Shown in pieces: positions 9,430 to 18,549 of a stretch of 64,000 bases of DNA. A program made the translations under genes and the position numbers. Every line of letters begins with the position of its first letter. Within the stretch, counting starts at the first letter, position 1. Under the pieces are notes generated by a model. That model worked only from the letters and a program-made list of their open reading frames with translations, did not search any database and was not told where the DNA came from. This stretch comes from a virus. Location: positions 1 through 64,000 of IMG/VR virus record IMGVR_UViG_3300036832_001488; one strand, written 5' to 3'.

Positions 9430-9656
9430 AAAGGAACGTACTCGTCTCCGACTTTGCGGACTGCGGTGAGGATATCATCGAAGCCCTCGCGACTGGAAAA
9501 GTAGCGGCGTCTGCCATCCAGAAATTTGATAGCTACTCCGTTGTAGCCAAACGTCTGGATCACCTCGGCTGCGACCGGCTTTTTGAACGGTGGATCATTC
9601 ACCAGAACAAAGTCGCCAGGGCGCAGTTTTGCATGTAGTTGATCAAGCATTTTCAT
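9426..9656 (-). CDS. hypothetical protein
   Basis: Small SH3-like beta ORF; coupled stop/start. Confidence 0.6.
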   Translation of the reverse strand: MKMLDQLHAKLRPGDFVLVNDPPFKKPVAAEVIQTFGYNGVAIKFLDGRRRYFSSREGFDDILTAVRKVGDEYVPL

Positions 9657-9692
9657 CGTGTATCAACTTCGGTTCTGCTTGCCAAGCTGAGC

Positions 9693-9914
9693 TTAATCGT
9701 AGATCCGGTAGACGGCAGCATAGCGCCGCAACTCTTCAAGAATCTGCTGGCCAATGGGCGTCCAGATATGGTCCTCGCCCTCAAAGGTTTTGAGTTCCTC
9801 AATGGCCTTTTTATCCATCAAGGACATGTTCTGTTCGAAGTGCTGGGCTTCGTAGCGATAGACGGCCCGGAGCTTGCAAAGCAAGCTCTCAAAGTCTTTG
9901 CCGATATTGCTCAT
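9693..9914 (-). CDS. hypothetical protein
   Basis: ATGA overlap with upstream ORF. Confidence 0.6.
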   Translation of the reverse strand: MSNIGKDFESLLCKLRAVYRYEAQHFEQNMSLMDKKAIEELKTFEGEDHIWTPIGQQILEELRRYAAVYRIYD

Positions 9915-10120
9915 TCGGCCACCTCCGAATACCAGCGGCCAGCCTCAAAGGCACTGTTAGAGCGGGCGCGCAGACGTTTGTAAAGGAGCGCATTCTTTTT
10001 GGTTTGGAACTTCTGGCATTCAGTGTCTGGGCCGTTTACGATCCAGCGCAGAGGTTTGTCATGCCAATCGCCCGCATGTTCAGGATGCTCGAGTTTAGAG
10101 ACGGTGATTAGTGCTTGCAT
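9911..10120 (-). CDS. hypothetical protein
   Basis: ORF in tandem early cluster. Confidence 0.6.
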   Translation of the reverse strand: MQALITVSKLEHPEHAGDWHDKPLRWIVNGPDTECQKFQTKKNALLYKRLRARSNSAFEAGRWYSEVAE

Positions 10121-10141
10121 AGGATTAGGTGCTTTCAGCGG

Positions 10142-10357
10142 TTAGTCTGCGACATCAGCCTCGGTGCGAGTGCGAACCTCTTCGAGCGAGAGTGCATTCT
10201 CGATGCCTTGCAAATTATCGAATTGTTCTTGGAAAAGTTGGGCGTCAAGCTGTCGGCTTTTGATTTTGCGAGCCTTGCTGATAGCGACGTCGAGTTCATC
10301 TAATCTTTGAGTGACTAGGTACAGGAGGGTGGCAACTTGGTGATGGGTGAGGTTCAT
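10142..10357 (-). CDS. hypothetical protein
   Basis: Helical ORF in tandem cluster. Confidence 0.55.
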   Translation of the reverse strand: MNLTHHQVATLLYLVTQRLDELDVAISKARKIKSRQLDAQLFQEQFDNLQGIENALSLEEVRTRTEADVAD

Positions 10358-10409
10358 ATCTGGGTTTGCTCTGCAGCGTGAGCGGCTGGAGCGTGCCAGC
10401 CGCCGGACG

Positions 10410-10643
10410 CTAAAGGCAGACCGGGATGTTCTCGGTGCGCTCTGTCAGCTGGCAATAGGCCTTGAAGAGTTGCTGCTCCAATTGATTGGCCCGCTCGACA
10501 TCAGCCTCACGGTAATGATCCGGTATTCCGCTACGCGGATCATTAGCCAACTGGCAGAACGCGCCCAGGCTATAGTCCAGGCTGGCCAGCTCAGTGGCAT
10601 CAACTTCGATTACTACGGTGCTTGCTTTGACGATCACTTGCAT
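10410..10643 (-). CDS. hypothetical protein (leaderless)
   Basis: ATG 6 nt from -10 box. Confidence 0.6.
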   Translation of the reverse strand: MQVIVKASTVVIEVDATELASLDYSLGAFCQLANDPRSGIPDHYREADVERANQLEQQLFKAYCQLTERTENIPVCL

Positions 10644-10678
10644 GCCTGGAGTCTCAGGCCTGCCAACGGATTTGTCAA
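10644..10678 (-). promoter_or_regulatory. leaderless promoter
   Basis: TTGACA-N17-GAGACT-N6-ATG. Confidence 0.7.
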
Positions 10679-10688
10679 GTGCTTATTC

Positions 10689-10892
10689 TTAAGGATTAAG
10701 CAGAATGGCGAACATAGCAACTTCGTTGACTTTGCCGTCGCGATTGGCGTCTCCAACAATCTGAATAGCTTCCTTAAAGGAATAGCGGCCAGCCTCGAGC
10801 ACAGAACGAGTGTAGCCGGAGCTGCCCGGTTTCCACCATGCGCCGTGTTCCTCGGACCAAACTAAGAAAAGCGGATCAGGCGCGCTATACAT
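10689..10892 (-). CDS. conserved phage hypothetical protein
   Basis: LVWSEEHGAWWKP...GYT.....AGRYS..EA..I motif. Confidence 0.7.
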   Translation of the reverse strand: MYSAPDPLFLVWSEEHGAWWKPGSSGYTRSVLEAGRYSFKEAIQIVGDANRDGKVNEVAMFAILLNP

Positions 10893-10997
10893 CTTCGGCT
10901 TTGCGAATTGCGGCCTCGAGAACGGCGATCTGGATGTCGAGCTGGACTTGGGCATCAAGCAGGGCTTGTTCTTGCTCTGGAGTCGGTTCAGCATTCA

Positions 10998-11041
10998 TAA
11001 AGTGTTCAAAATCAACAAAAACACGTTAAGAATTCTTAAGC
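10998..11041 (+). repeat. 43-44 bp dispersed motif, copy 2
   Basis: TAAAGTGTTCAAAATCAACAAAAACACGTTAAGAATTCTTAAGC. Confidence 0.75.
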
Positions 11042-11475
11042 TTTTCCTGGCAATAGATGCGCAGGAGCTGATCGATACACTCATCTGGACTGATGCGCCG
11101 GGTCCAGTGTTCCTCAAAAATGACCGCTGGGATCGTGCTGGGATCGAGATCAAAATCGCCAGGGTGCTCGTAGGTCCAGCCGCCGGTTAGCAGGCCATAG
11201 CCGGTTAAGGGGCAGTCGCCATTGACGCCTCTGATTTTGAATTGCGGATAAACGAATGGTTCGCGCAGAAGCGCGCATTCGTCGACCCAAAGCAGGTGCT
11301 TGCCTTCGACCGGATGAGCCATGACTAGCTCGCAGTCGAGGAGCTTGTGGACGGCCTCTTGATCGGCCCAGTCGACGACCAGGGCAAACATGGCGCATTT
11401 AAAGGGATCTATTAAGACAGCCTGAATCTTGACAGGTGGACTCTCAGCTGGTTTTCTTGGCGTTGTCGTAAGCAT
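11026..11475 (-). CDS. hypothetical protein (DUF3846-like)
   Basis: AVLIDPF..LLDC..LWVDE..L.GYGLLTG. Confidence 0.6.
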   Translation of the reverse strand: MLTTTPRKPAESPPVKIQAVLIDPFKCAMFALVVDWADQEAVHKLLDCELVMAHPVEGKHLLWVDECALLREPFVYPQFKIRGVNGDCPLTGYGLLTGGWTYEHPGDFDLDPSTIPAVIFEEHWTRRISPDECIDQLLRIYCQEKLKNS

Positions 11476-12058
11476 GCCTGAGGATACTGACAACGACCCA
11501 GTTTTGCACGCACTAAATGCGGCGCGCGACCGGCAGCGGACGAGCATAGTTCCTATGCGCCTGCCAGAACGCACAGAATTGGCTCCAGGCGCGCCAGCGC
11601 CACACTTAGGTCAACTTATAGCGGAGCTGGGGCCAAAACGGGTAGAACAGGCGCTCAAGGCCTGGGACATGCGCTTACAGGGCACGCCCATCTATGAGGT
11701 GGCGCACGAGTTTAACCTTTCGATAGAAGCAGCCAAAACTCTAATCAAAGAAGCTCACCATGCCGTCGCCGAAGACCTCAAAGACAACATTGAACAGAAT
11801 CGTGCTTTGGATCTGGCACGAATTGATGGCCTTCTCACCACCTTCTATCCCGCCGCGAAAGCCGGTGACGACAAAGCGGCGACGATTACCTTAAAGTGTA
11901 TTGAGCGCAGAGCGAAGTTGACCGGCACAGAGCCGGACGAGCGCAGGCCCTCTAATGAGCCCCGCAACGTGCTGGTATGGGTTCAGAACCAGTTGCCATC
12001 GATTAACCGGATAGTGGACAGCCTGCCAGTAGAACTCGCGCCAGGAGCACCGCCATGA
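11474..12058 (+). CDS. HTH protein, putative terminase small subunit
   Basis: HTH (A.DMRLQG.PIYEVA..FNLS) then LDLARID.L....A.AGD.KA..LKCIERRAKLTG, as in small-terminase-like proteins. Confidence 0.65.
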   Translation: MPEDTDNDPVLHALNAARDRQRTSIVPMRLPERTELAPGAPAPHLGQLIAELGPKRVEQALKAWDMRLQGTPIYEVAHEFNLSIEAAKTLIKEAHHAVAEDLKDNIEQNRALDLARIDGLLTTFYPAAKAGDDKAATITLKCIERRAKLTGTEPDERRPSNEPRNVLVWVQNQLPSINRIVDSLPVELAPGAPP

Positions 12059-12444
12059 TGACTGAGGAGGAACTAATCAACATCCCCTATTTGAGGTTGC
12101 CAAAAGCAGTGCGGGAGCGAGCTAGTAAACGGTTTAACGAATTCTATGGGGAGCAGGATGGCAGAGATATTGAAACGAACAAATTAAAGCTAGCCCAGCT
12201 CTCTGTGTTCCGGCTAGTTATGCATTTTAACGGAGATGCCCAGGCTGCGATTAATTACGCCAGCCAAGCGGGACGCTATCCGATGGAATTGATAGGCGAT
12301 TGCGCAGAGGAGTGGGAACGGATTGTGGAGGAGCTAGGGGCGGAACTGTTAAATCCCTCCGCTGGGTTGATTGAACGAGGCAAGCGGATTCGGACCCTCC
12401 TTTTAGAGGAGATAAACAAAATTGGTTGGACACCAAAACAGTGA
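12055..12444 (+). CDS. hypothetical protein
   Basis: ATGA coupling. Confidence 0.6.
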   Translation: MMTEEELINIPYLRLPKAVRERASKRFNEFYGEQDGRDIETNKLKLAQLSVFRLVMHFNGDAQAAINYASQAGRYPMELIGDCAEEWERIVEELGAELLNPSAGLIERGKRIRTLLLEEINKIGWTPKQ

Positions 12445-12713
12445 TCACAACTGATACATCCAAGAGAAGTTCGAACATCGCACAGGTAAGCTACGATGCG
12501 GCTAATCAAGCCCTGGAAGTGACCTTCAAAAGTGGTGGCCGCTACCGGTATCACAACGTGGACCCCAACACGCATGCCAAGTTCCTGGCGAGCGAATCCT
12601 TGGGCCGCGCGTTTAACCAGATGTTCTGGGGCAATAAATTGCATCCATCGCAGAAGCTCGAGCCGACTGCGCGCGAGAAGAGCGGCCCGCCAACGGATAC
12701 GCCGGTTGAATGA
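12426..12713 (+). CDS. KTSC domain protein
   Basis: SSNIAQVSYD....LEVTFKSG..Y.Y..V......FL.SES.GR.FN. Confidence 0.9.
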   Translation: MDTKTVITTDTSKRSSNIAQVSYDAANQALEVTFKSGGRYRYHNVDPNTHAKFLASESLGRAFNQMFWGNKLHPSQKLEPTAREKSGPPTDTPVE

Positions 12714-12907
12714 GCCTATACGACATGCGCTGCGACCAGTGTGGGGAAATAGAGCCTGCTCTATTTAGAGCCAAGGCGATGGGTGAACTTAGCCCGACTG
12801 GTTGGTGGTGCGAAGCGTGCTTGCATGAGGCGGGCCAGGACTTGGACGAGGAGACCTTGAGATTAGTGAACATTTTGAAGCGGCGAAACCCACGCGATGA
12901 GCATTGA
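12710..12907 (+). CDS. Zn-finger hypothetical protein
   Basis: CDQC..WWCEAC. Confidence 0.6.
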   Translation: MSLYDMRCDQCGEIEPALFRAKAMGELSPTGWWCEACLHEAGQDLDEETLRLVNILKRRNPRDEH

Positions 12908-13047
12908 TGTTGAGAGCTTCGCGCGAGATGTGCAGGCCTTGGTTGAGAGCTTGGAAGAGCTAGCTTGCCAGGAGCCAGAGAAATACTTTCATACGCCGTA
13001 TCAAACGTTACATGACCGTCTCGCGATGGCCTTAGAAAGCTACAACA

Positions 13048-13314
13048 ATGCCCGCACCAATCGACTTCCCCAGCCACATCAAGAACCTCCGCAAACTGGT
13101 AAAGTCGATAGCGGAGGAAGTGGACGAGACGCATGCTCATCCGGCCTTTGATGAGGAAGTCGGCCTGGAGCCGCACCAGCGAGGCACAGAACCCGACCAC
13201 GATGAGATGCATGCGAACTTGGTGCTCGCTTACCGGCACCTGGAAGACGCGGCGATGCGCCTAGGCAAAGCCATCCAGGCCTATGATGGAGGCAAGAGTG
13301 TATATGACAGCTAG
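13048..13314 (+). CDS. conserved phage hypothetical protein
   Basis: ANLVLAYRHLEDAAMRLGKAIQAYDGGKSVYD. Confidence 0.75.
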   Translation: MPAPIDFPSHIKNLRKLVKSIAEEVDETHAHPAFDEEVGLEPHQRGTEPDHDEMHANLVLAYRHLEDAAMRLGKAIQAYDGGKSVYDS

Positions 13315-13591
13315 CGAGTTCAGCTTAAGCCCAGAACAGCGCGGGCAATTAATCCAGATGTTACGCCGGGTGATTTCGCGGCAGATGCAAGACAACTGGG
13401 AGAGTTTCGAACATTTTGAGCTACTGATGTGTGCGCTAGTGGCCGCGTACAAGGATGGGATGAGGCCGGAACATACGGGAGAGCTATTCGTAAAAGACTG
13501 GGGCATCGACCGGGAAGTAATGATGGTGGCCTTAGCCACAACAGCGGCGCAGGTGATAGAGGTGCAGCGCAAAATGGCAGAGCGAAATTAG
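13304..13591 (+). CDS. hypothetical protein
   Basis: Tandem ORF. Confidence 0.55.
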   Translation: MTASEFSLSPEQRGQLIQMLRRVISRQMQDNWESFEHFELLMCALVAAYKDGMRPEHTGELFVKDWGIDREVMMVALATTAAQVIEVQRKMAERN

Positions 13592-13593
13592 CA

Positions 13594-13791
13594 ATGATCC
13601 CTGAACTGAGTTGGACCTGTCACATCTGTAAGAGAGAGCGGCCCGATGCGCTGATCGCGGTAGTGACCACAGATTTGAGTAGTGAGCGGGGACTCGAGGC
13701 TGGCACCTTAAAGCAGAATGTGCGTTACTGCGCAGGCAGTAAGGCCTGCAAAGAAGCGGCTAAAACCTACCGATTCTTGAAACAAGTATGA
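13594..13791 (+). CDS. Zn-binding hypothetical protein
   Basis: WTCHIC..ERPD..NVRYC....C. Confidence 0.65.
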   Translation: MIPELSWTCHICKRERPDALIAVVTTDLSSERGLEAGTLKQNVRYCAGSKACKEAAKTYRFLKQV

Positions 13792-14090
13792 GCGATGAAC
13801 CAATGAAGAATGCAGTACCGGACGACCCCAGTCACGGTGGGGCGATAGTTCGCGGAGACCCTACAGTGGACACAGTGGAGCTACTAGCCGACATCGGCAG
13901 TCAATGCCGGTTCATGGGTGCGATCCTAAAAGACATCCAGAACCAGTTACTGCGCCTGGAGCGGCTGATCACCCAGGAGCCGAGCCCTTACCAGCATCAG
14001 TATCCCAACCAGAGCCAGGAACAACAGAACCTCTCCGGCCTCAAGGCCCAGCAAGAGGCCCTGCAACAATTCGGCAAATTCAACAAATGA
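13788..14090 (+). CDS. hypothetical protein
   Basis: ATGA coupling. Confidence 0.55.
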   Translation: MSDEPMKNAVPDDPSHGGAIVRGDPTVDTVELLADIGSQCRFMGAILKDIQNQLLRLERLITQEPSPYQHQYPNQSQEQQNLSGLKAQQEALQQFGKFNK

Positions 14091-14293
14091 GCACGACCAT
14101 TGTGTGTGAGCGGGTTAAATCCCACCTCAAGCCAGGGAGTGATTCGAGCTATCGGAAATGTGACGAGTGCGGGGAAATGATCTGGCTCGCCTTAGATAGT
14201 CCCAAGCCGGACCAGCTATTGTGTGTAGAGTGTTTCAAGGAGGCTGAAGAGATGGATAAAGCGATCTTTCACCTCTCAGAAGAGCACTTATGA
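14087..14293 (+). CDS. Zn-finger hypothetical protein
   Basis: CDECG..LCVEC; ATGA coupling. Confidence 0.6.
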   Translation: MSTTIVCERVKSHLKPGSDSSYRKCDECGEMIWLALDSPKPDQLLCVECFKEAEEMDKAIFHLSEEHL

Positions 14294-14502
14294 TCAGTGA
14301 CAGCCAAATCGATCAGTTATTCGAGGAATTCCTAGAGAGCCCAGAGCTCACAAGCTGGCGCAGCGATCTCAGTGGCCGGGAACACTCAGAGGCCACCAGA
14401 CTCTTCCGCGTCGCTGTCCTCAAGGCTATCGCCATCGATCTGGCCCAGCACGTGACCTCAACTGGCAACGTGAGGGTGACAAACTCGCACGCCGCCGAGT
14501 AA
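14290..14502 (+). CDS. hypothetical protein
   Basis: ATGA coupling. Confidence 0.55.
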   Translation: MISDSQIDQLFEEFLESPELTSWRSDLSGREHSEATRLFRVAVLKAIAIDLAQHVTSTGNVRVTNSHAAE

Positions 14503-14509
14503 ACAAGAG

Positions 14510-14719
14510 ATGTACGTCAAAGGACAGCGCAGCTTCTTAAAGCCCTGCCTCATCTGCCGCAAGCCTTTCCGGCGCAGCCCAGGTCGCGGCAATCGCTACT
14601 ACTGCAGCCGCCGCTGTTACAAGATCTTTTGCAAGCTCTGTGCCTTCACGCTTCAGAACGATATTCTTAGGAGCAAGATTCTCGAGCACGCAGCTTCACA
14701 GATCGATCTCGCCGCCTGA
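14510..14719 (+). CDS. Zn-finger protein
   Basis: CLICRKPF..YYCSRRC. Confidence 0.6.
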   Translation: MYVKGQRSFLKPCLICRKPFRRSPGRGNRYYCSRRCYKIFCKLCAFTLQNDILRSKILEHAASQIDLAA

Positions 14720-15001
14720 CTGAGCGGCCCGCAAACGGGCTCTAGCCTCGTCTATGCGTCGCTGGGCAGCGCGGATATCGGCCATCCAGTCCAGAGGGGC
14801 AGGCTTACCGAACTGGCTATGGGTTTGCATGTGGTGCAGGTGGCAGAGCCGCATGACTCTGGCCGGGTCGGCGTAGTCGATGTGGTGCAGCTCGGCAGGC
14901 TTGTCGTCGCAGATCTCGCAGGCGTCTGGCGGATCGATCTCGTCCTGGGCGATGAGCTTGCGTGTGACGTAGCGAGCGTGAGCTTTGGCTTTGCGGTTCA
15001 T
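14696..15001 (-). CDS. small HNH-like Zn protein, related to 1026-1289
   Basis: CEIC..ELHHIDY..V.RLC..HH...H. Confidence 0.65.
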   Translation of the reverse strand: MNRKAKAHARYVTRKLIAQDEIDPPDACEICDDKPAELHHIDYADPARVMRLCHLHHMQTHSQFGKPAPLDWMADIRAAQRRIDEARARLRAAQSGGEIDL

Positions 15002-15286
15002 AAGGTGACAACAATAACAGTCATGTAAAATAGAGTCGCAACTCGTTGTTGTTCAATCACTTAGTGTTTCGAGCTTGTGGAACATTGGCAGCGTTGTTCG
15101 CATGTTATCAAGCGTGGAATGTTCCACAGGCCCTCCCTGCCTAGGGATGGTCACCCTCCTGGCATTGTTTGAGCATTACCGGCCCCCCATTGCCCGCTGC
15201 AAAGAGGGCCAACCCGAACGCGCCACCCACGCTGAAGCTCTGGCACATTTTTTAAAAAGGGTCCCATCTACTGAGGGTGGTCGTAC

Positions 15287-15320
15287 TGGCATTATAATTA
15301 CACATAACGTATAATGTGGT
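15287..15320 (+). promoter_or_regulatory. leaderless sigma70-type promoter
   Basis: TGGCAT-N17-TATAAT-N5-ATG. Confidence 0.65.
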
Positions 15321-15632
15321 ATGAGCAAGAGTGAAGAGGAACTGAGGGCGAAGAATCGGGAGCGGCAGAGGCGGTGGCGAGAGAAGCATAAGTGGTTAGG
15401 GGAGCAGCGGCGGTTACGGAATTATGGGAGTTCGAAGGCGCAGCTAGAAGTTACACATAACGCCATTCCGATCTGGGTAGATGATCCTGAGAGTGGGGAG
15501 CGGATGAAGGTATGGGTAGATGGGAGGACGCGCATTGGGAAGGTGGTGCTTAGTCTTTGGCGGCAGGTGCACGGGCTGGAGCCAGTTACCAATAACGAAT
15601 CCTCGCAGGGGGTGGAGGTGGAGGGGTTCTAG
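15321..15632 (+). CDS. basic hypothetical protein
   Basis: NRERQRRWREK basic helix; ends GVEVEGF. Confidence 0.65.
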   Translation: MSKSEEELRAKNRERQRRWREKHKWLGEQRRLRNYGSSKAQLEVTHNAIPIWVDDPESGERMKVWVDGRTRIGKVVLSLWRQVHGLEPVTNNESSQGVEVEGF

Positions 15633-15858
15633 GATGGACTTTGGCTCTGACCGCTTTGTTTACGCTCCCGCGTAGCCTTCAAACTCCTGGCTGAAGTCTT
15701 GTATCAGTTTTTCTTTTTCTTTCTCGGTCATAAAAAGTTTTTGGGAGCCGGGATTCCACCGGCCAGAGGATCGTTGTCCGTTACGGCGGTAAACTATAGG
15801 GAGAGTTTTCCGCAAGGGTTCTCTGTCAGCTGACAGCTGATCCCAAAAAAGGGTTGTT

Positions 15859-17241
15859 TTATTTGTCGGGATAGGGCGGGTGGGCATCAATCCAACTGTT
15901 CAGATCTCTTTGCCACTCTTCATAGGTGGCACTGGTTGGATCTGGCGGAGTCGGATCTGGCGGAAGAGGTTCTCCTCCTTGCAAGGGATGGGGATAAGGC
16001 GCTGGAGTGTAACTGGTTAGTTGCAGCGATTCATAGGGCGCTGGATAGCTGGAACTCGAGGGTGCCCCTGGTGCCGGATAGCTAGTCTTAGTCGTAGAGT
16101 CCGGCGCTTTAGTCCAATAGTCCCGGCCTTCCTTGATGTAGAAAGGATCGCCGTTGTTAGCATTGGAGTTGCCGAACTTCCCCACCCCTACCTTGTTATT
16201 GGGTTGGCCATTAAGGGTGTTGTTCCAGATAAAGGAGGCATTGATCTGATCCTCGCACGGCCACTGGGTAGAGCTGCGCTGCGGCACTCCCGGCGTGTTA
16301 TTGGGATCGCATTCTTCATCGCGGAAGTCGACGATGTTAGGTGTCGAGCCATCCTTGGTAGTAAAAGTGTTATCATGGATCAGGTGCGAGCCCCCGCGCA
16401 GGTCCATTAACTGGTAGATGTTCCCGCCCAATTTCACCTCGTTCCCGTAGAACTCGAATCGCGAGGTCCCCCGGTAGTTATTCGCACCTTGTTTCCAGAT
16501 CGACTGGTTGCCATGGCAGTCGACCGGCCCCGTAATTCCATTGGGCGCGCCTGTGCCATCGATCTGGCAATGCCGTAAAACTGATCGACCACCCATGTCA
16601 TGATAGGTCACCCAGGGTGAACCAGGGTTAGACTTGATGGCATAGCTGAAAGTACAATCCTCGGTGAAAGGGAAATTGAGCGACCCAGCCTGATAATCTT
16701 TTCTGGCCCAGGCCCCGTCGCCCAGATCCCCAGTGAAGCCGCCGTAAATGATGACGCAGATCCAGATATCCTTAAAATGACAGTGATCGCATAGGCCGTA
16801 TGCCCCGCCTTGCCACCAGACTGTCTGACATCCTTGATCGAAGTAACAGTTATCTATCCTGATCTGTTTCAGAGGCGCGCCGCTCTGCGGCCCCTGTATG
16901 ACGACCGCCGCATGGTTACTCGTACTCCCGTTAGGCTGAACTAGCTTAAACCCGCTTACCCGCACCGGCACATCGCTCTTAGGCTTCAAGGTGAAAAACC
17001 CAGTGTTCCCATCCGACCAGCCCCTGGTGATAATCGAGGAAGAATTCCCCGGCCCTTTGGCAGGACTCGCTGGCGCTGGGCTCGAGGTCCCTTTTATCGT
17101 CAGAGCCTTGTCCACAATCACTCCTTCAGTCCACGTCCAACTTCCTCCAGGGATAACCAGAGTATCACCTGCACTAGCTCTTCCAATCGCATCTTTCACC
17201 GTGGCTTGTTTGCCATCCGGTAAATTTGTAGTGGTGGCCAT
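15859..17241 (-). CDS. right-handed beta-helix (pectin-lyase-fold) protein, copy A
   Basis: A..GDT.VIP.G..TW start, repeated IDNC.F/DHC.F coils; paralog of 23588-25003. Confidence 0.8.
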   Translation of the reverse strand: MATTTNLPDGKQATVKDAIGRASAGDTLVIPGGSWTWTEGVIVDKALTIKGTSSPAPASPAKGPGNSSSIITRGWSDGNTGFFTLKPKSDVPVRVSGFKLVQPNGSTSNHAAVVIQGPQSGAPLKQIRIDNCYFDQGCQTVWWQGGAYGLCDHCHFKDIWICVIIYGGFTGDLGDGAWARKDYQAGSLNFPFTEDCTFSYAIKSNPGSPWVTYHDMGGRSVLRHCQIDGTGAPNGITGPVDCHGNQSIWKQGANNYRGTSRFEFYGNEVKLGGNIYQLMDLRGGSHLIHDNTFTTKDGSTPNIVDFRDEECDPNNTPGVPQRSSTQWPCEDQINASFIWNNTLNGQPNNKVGVGKFGNSNANNGDPFYIKEGRDYWTKAPDSTTKTSYPAPGAPSSSSYPAPYESLQLTSYTPAPYPHPLQGGEPLPPDPTPPDPTSATYEEWQRDLNSWIDAHPPYPDK

Positions 17242-17284
17242 AGTTTGTTCTTCTAAATATTGTTTGAGCTGTTCCTCTTCTTCT

Positions 17285-17971
17285 CTATCCATTTTTATAA
17301 TTCCGGTAAACCTTGAACTCTGTCCCCCCGATCTCAAAGTCTTCGGCGCTAGTGAATAGCCTAGAGTTCTCAATCACCTGAGCGTGCAGCGGCGTGTTAT
17401 ACAGAAACCAAACCTTGCGGGGATGCCGTGCGAGCGACTCACGCAAGTTGGCCATGAATTGCTCCATCACAACCGCGTCAAAGGGATTGAAAGCATAAAA
17501 AACAGAGTGCTCCGCTGGAATCTGAAAAAGGGCGGCGTCTGCTTCTATCACTTCGAACTGGGAAGTAATTTTAGTCAGCTGGCGAGTAAAGAACTCCACG
17601 TTCGCTCGCGCGATCGCACAGAGCTTGGGCGAGAACTCTATCCCCACAACGTTCTGAAACCCAAGCTGGGCGGCTAGCAGTAACACCCGGCCCTTGCCTG
17701 AGCCTAAGTCGATGAATGTGTAGTCGCGGGGCAGATCTAGTTTGCGGATCAGTTTTTGCAACGGCCTAGCCTTGGTCGCCCGGTAGCCGACCGCGTTCGC
17801 ATCGTGTTCGCTGTTTGCACCCAGATCTTCTGTCCAGACCCAGCGCATGGTTTCGGTCCCGTACCAGACATCAAAGCACAGGTCGATCACCGCACTGCCA
17901 GCGACTTTACCGGTTCTGACTAACCCTCGGCTTGAGATGCTTCGACATGCCCACCTAAACAAAGGGAGCAC
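17285..17971 (-). CDS. class I SAM-dependent methyltransferase (DOT1-like bacterial family)
   Basis: FIDLGSGKGRVLLLAA..GIEFS..DA..FYAFNPF. Confidence 0.88.
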   Translation of the reverse strand: MLPLFRWACRSISSRGLVRTGKVAGSAVIDLCFDVWYGTETMRWVWTEDLGANSEHDANAVGYRATKARPLQKLIRKLDLPRDYTFIDLGSGKGRVLLLAAQLGFQNVVGIEFSPKLCAIARANVEFFTRQLTKITSQFEVIEADAALFQIPAEHSVFYAFNPFDAVVMEQFMANLRESLARHPRKVWFLYNTPLHAQVIENSRLFTSAEDFEIGGTEFKVYRNYKNG

Positions 17972-17972
17972 G

Positions 17973-18383
17973 CTAGTTATCCCTCCAGAATCGCTGCAGA
18001 CGCTTCCAAAGGCTTGCCCTGGTAGATTGTACCTCTTTTGGGCTAGGATCGCTGCTAGGGGCCTTTGCGGCGGTCCAGTGGTACTTAAAATCACCGGGCC
18101 ATAGGTCGTAGTAGCCGGATGTGTCCCCTTCAACGTTGAGCCTGATGTTCTGCTCCGGGGCCACCACCGGCTGATGGCCGTCTAGCGGGCCACCCACAAA
18201 CTCTGTCGGCGTCCAGGCGCGCACTTCTGGGTTCTGCCGGTAGCCAGCTGGCATGATGATGCCCTGCACCGCCTCGCCGGTGACGATCGGACAGTTGGTG
18301 TAATGACCATCGGGCCAGGAGCCCCCGCACACCTGACAGTGCGGGCCGGGACCCTCAGGAATGTGCCAGAAAGGATTATCCAT
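17973..18383 (-). CDS. hypothetical protein
   Basis: CQVCG..H...CP and FVGGPLDG motifs. Confidence 0.6.
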   Translation of the reverse strand: MDNPFWHIPEGPGPHCQVCGGSWPDGHYTNCPIVTGEAVQGIIMPAGYRQNPEVRAWTPTEFVGGPLDGHQPVVAPEQNIRLNVEGDTSGYYDLWPGDFKYHWTAAKAPSSDPSPKEVQSTRASLWKRLQRFWRDN

Positions 18384-18549
18384 TGTTCTCCTCCTTTGGC
18401 GTCAGCGCCTCTTCCAGACGGGCCAGTCTTTTCTCTAGCTGCTCCACCTGTACAATGTGGATTTTTAAGAGCTGCTTTACCGTGTCGATGGCTTGGATAG
18501 TTTGTTCCCGCATCTGCCGCACCTCGCGTAAGACTGAGTCGTTACTCAT
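18376..18549 (-). CDS. 57-aa coiled-coil protein (not in ORF track)
   Basis: MSNDSVLREVRQMRE..VEQLEKRLARLEE; overlaps both neighbours. Confidence 0.55.
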   Translation of the reverse strand: MSNDSVLREVRQMREQTIQAIDTVKQLLKIHIVQVEQLEKRLARLEEALTPKEENNG

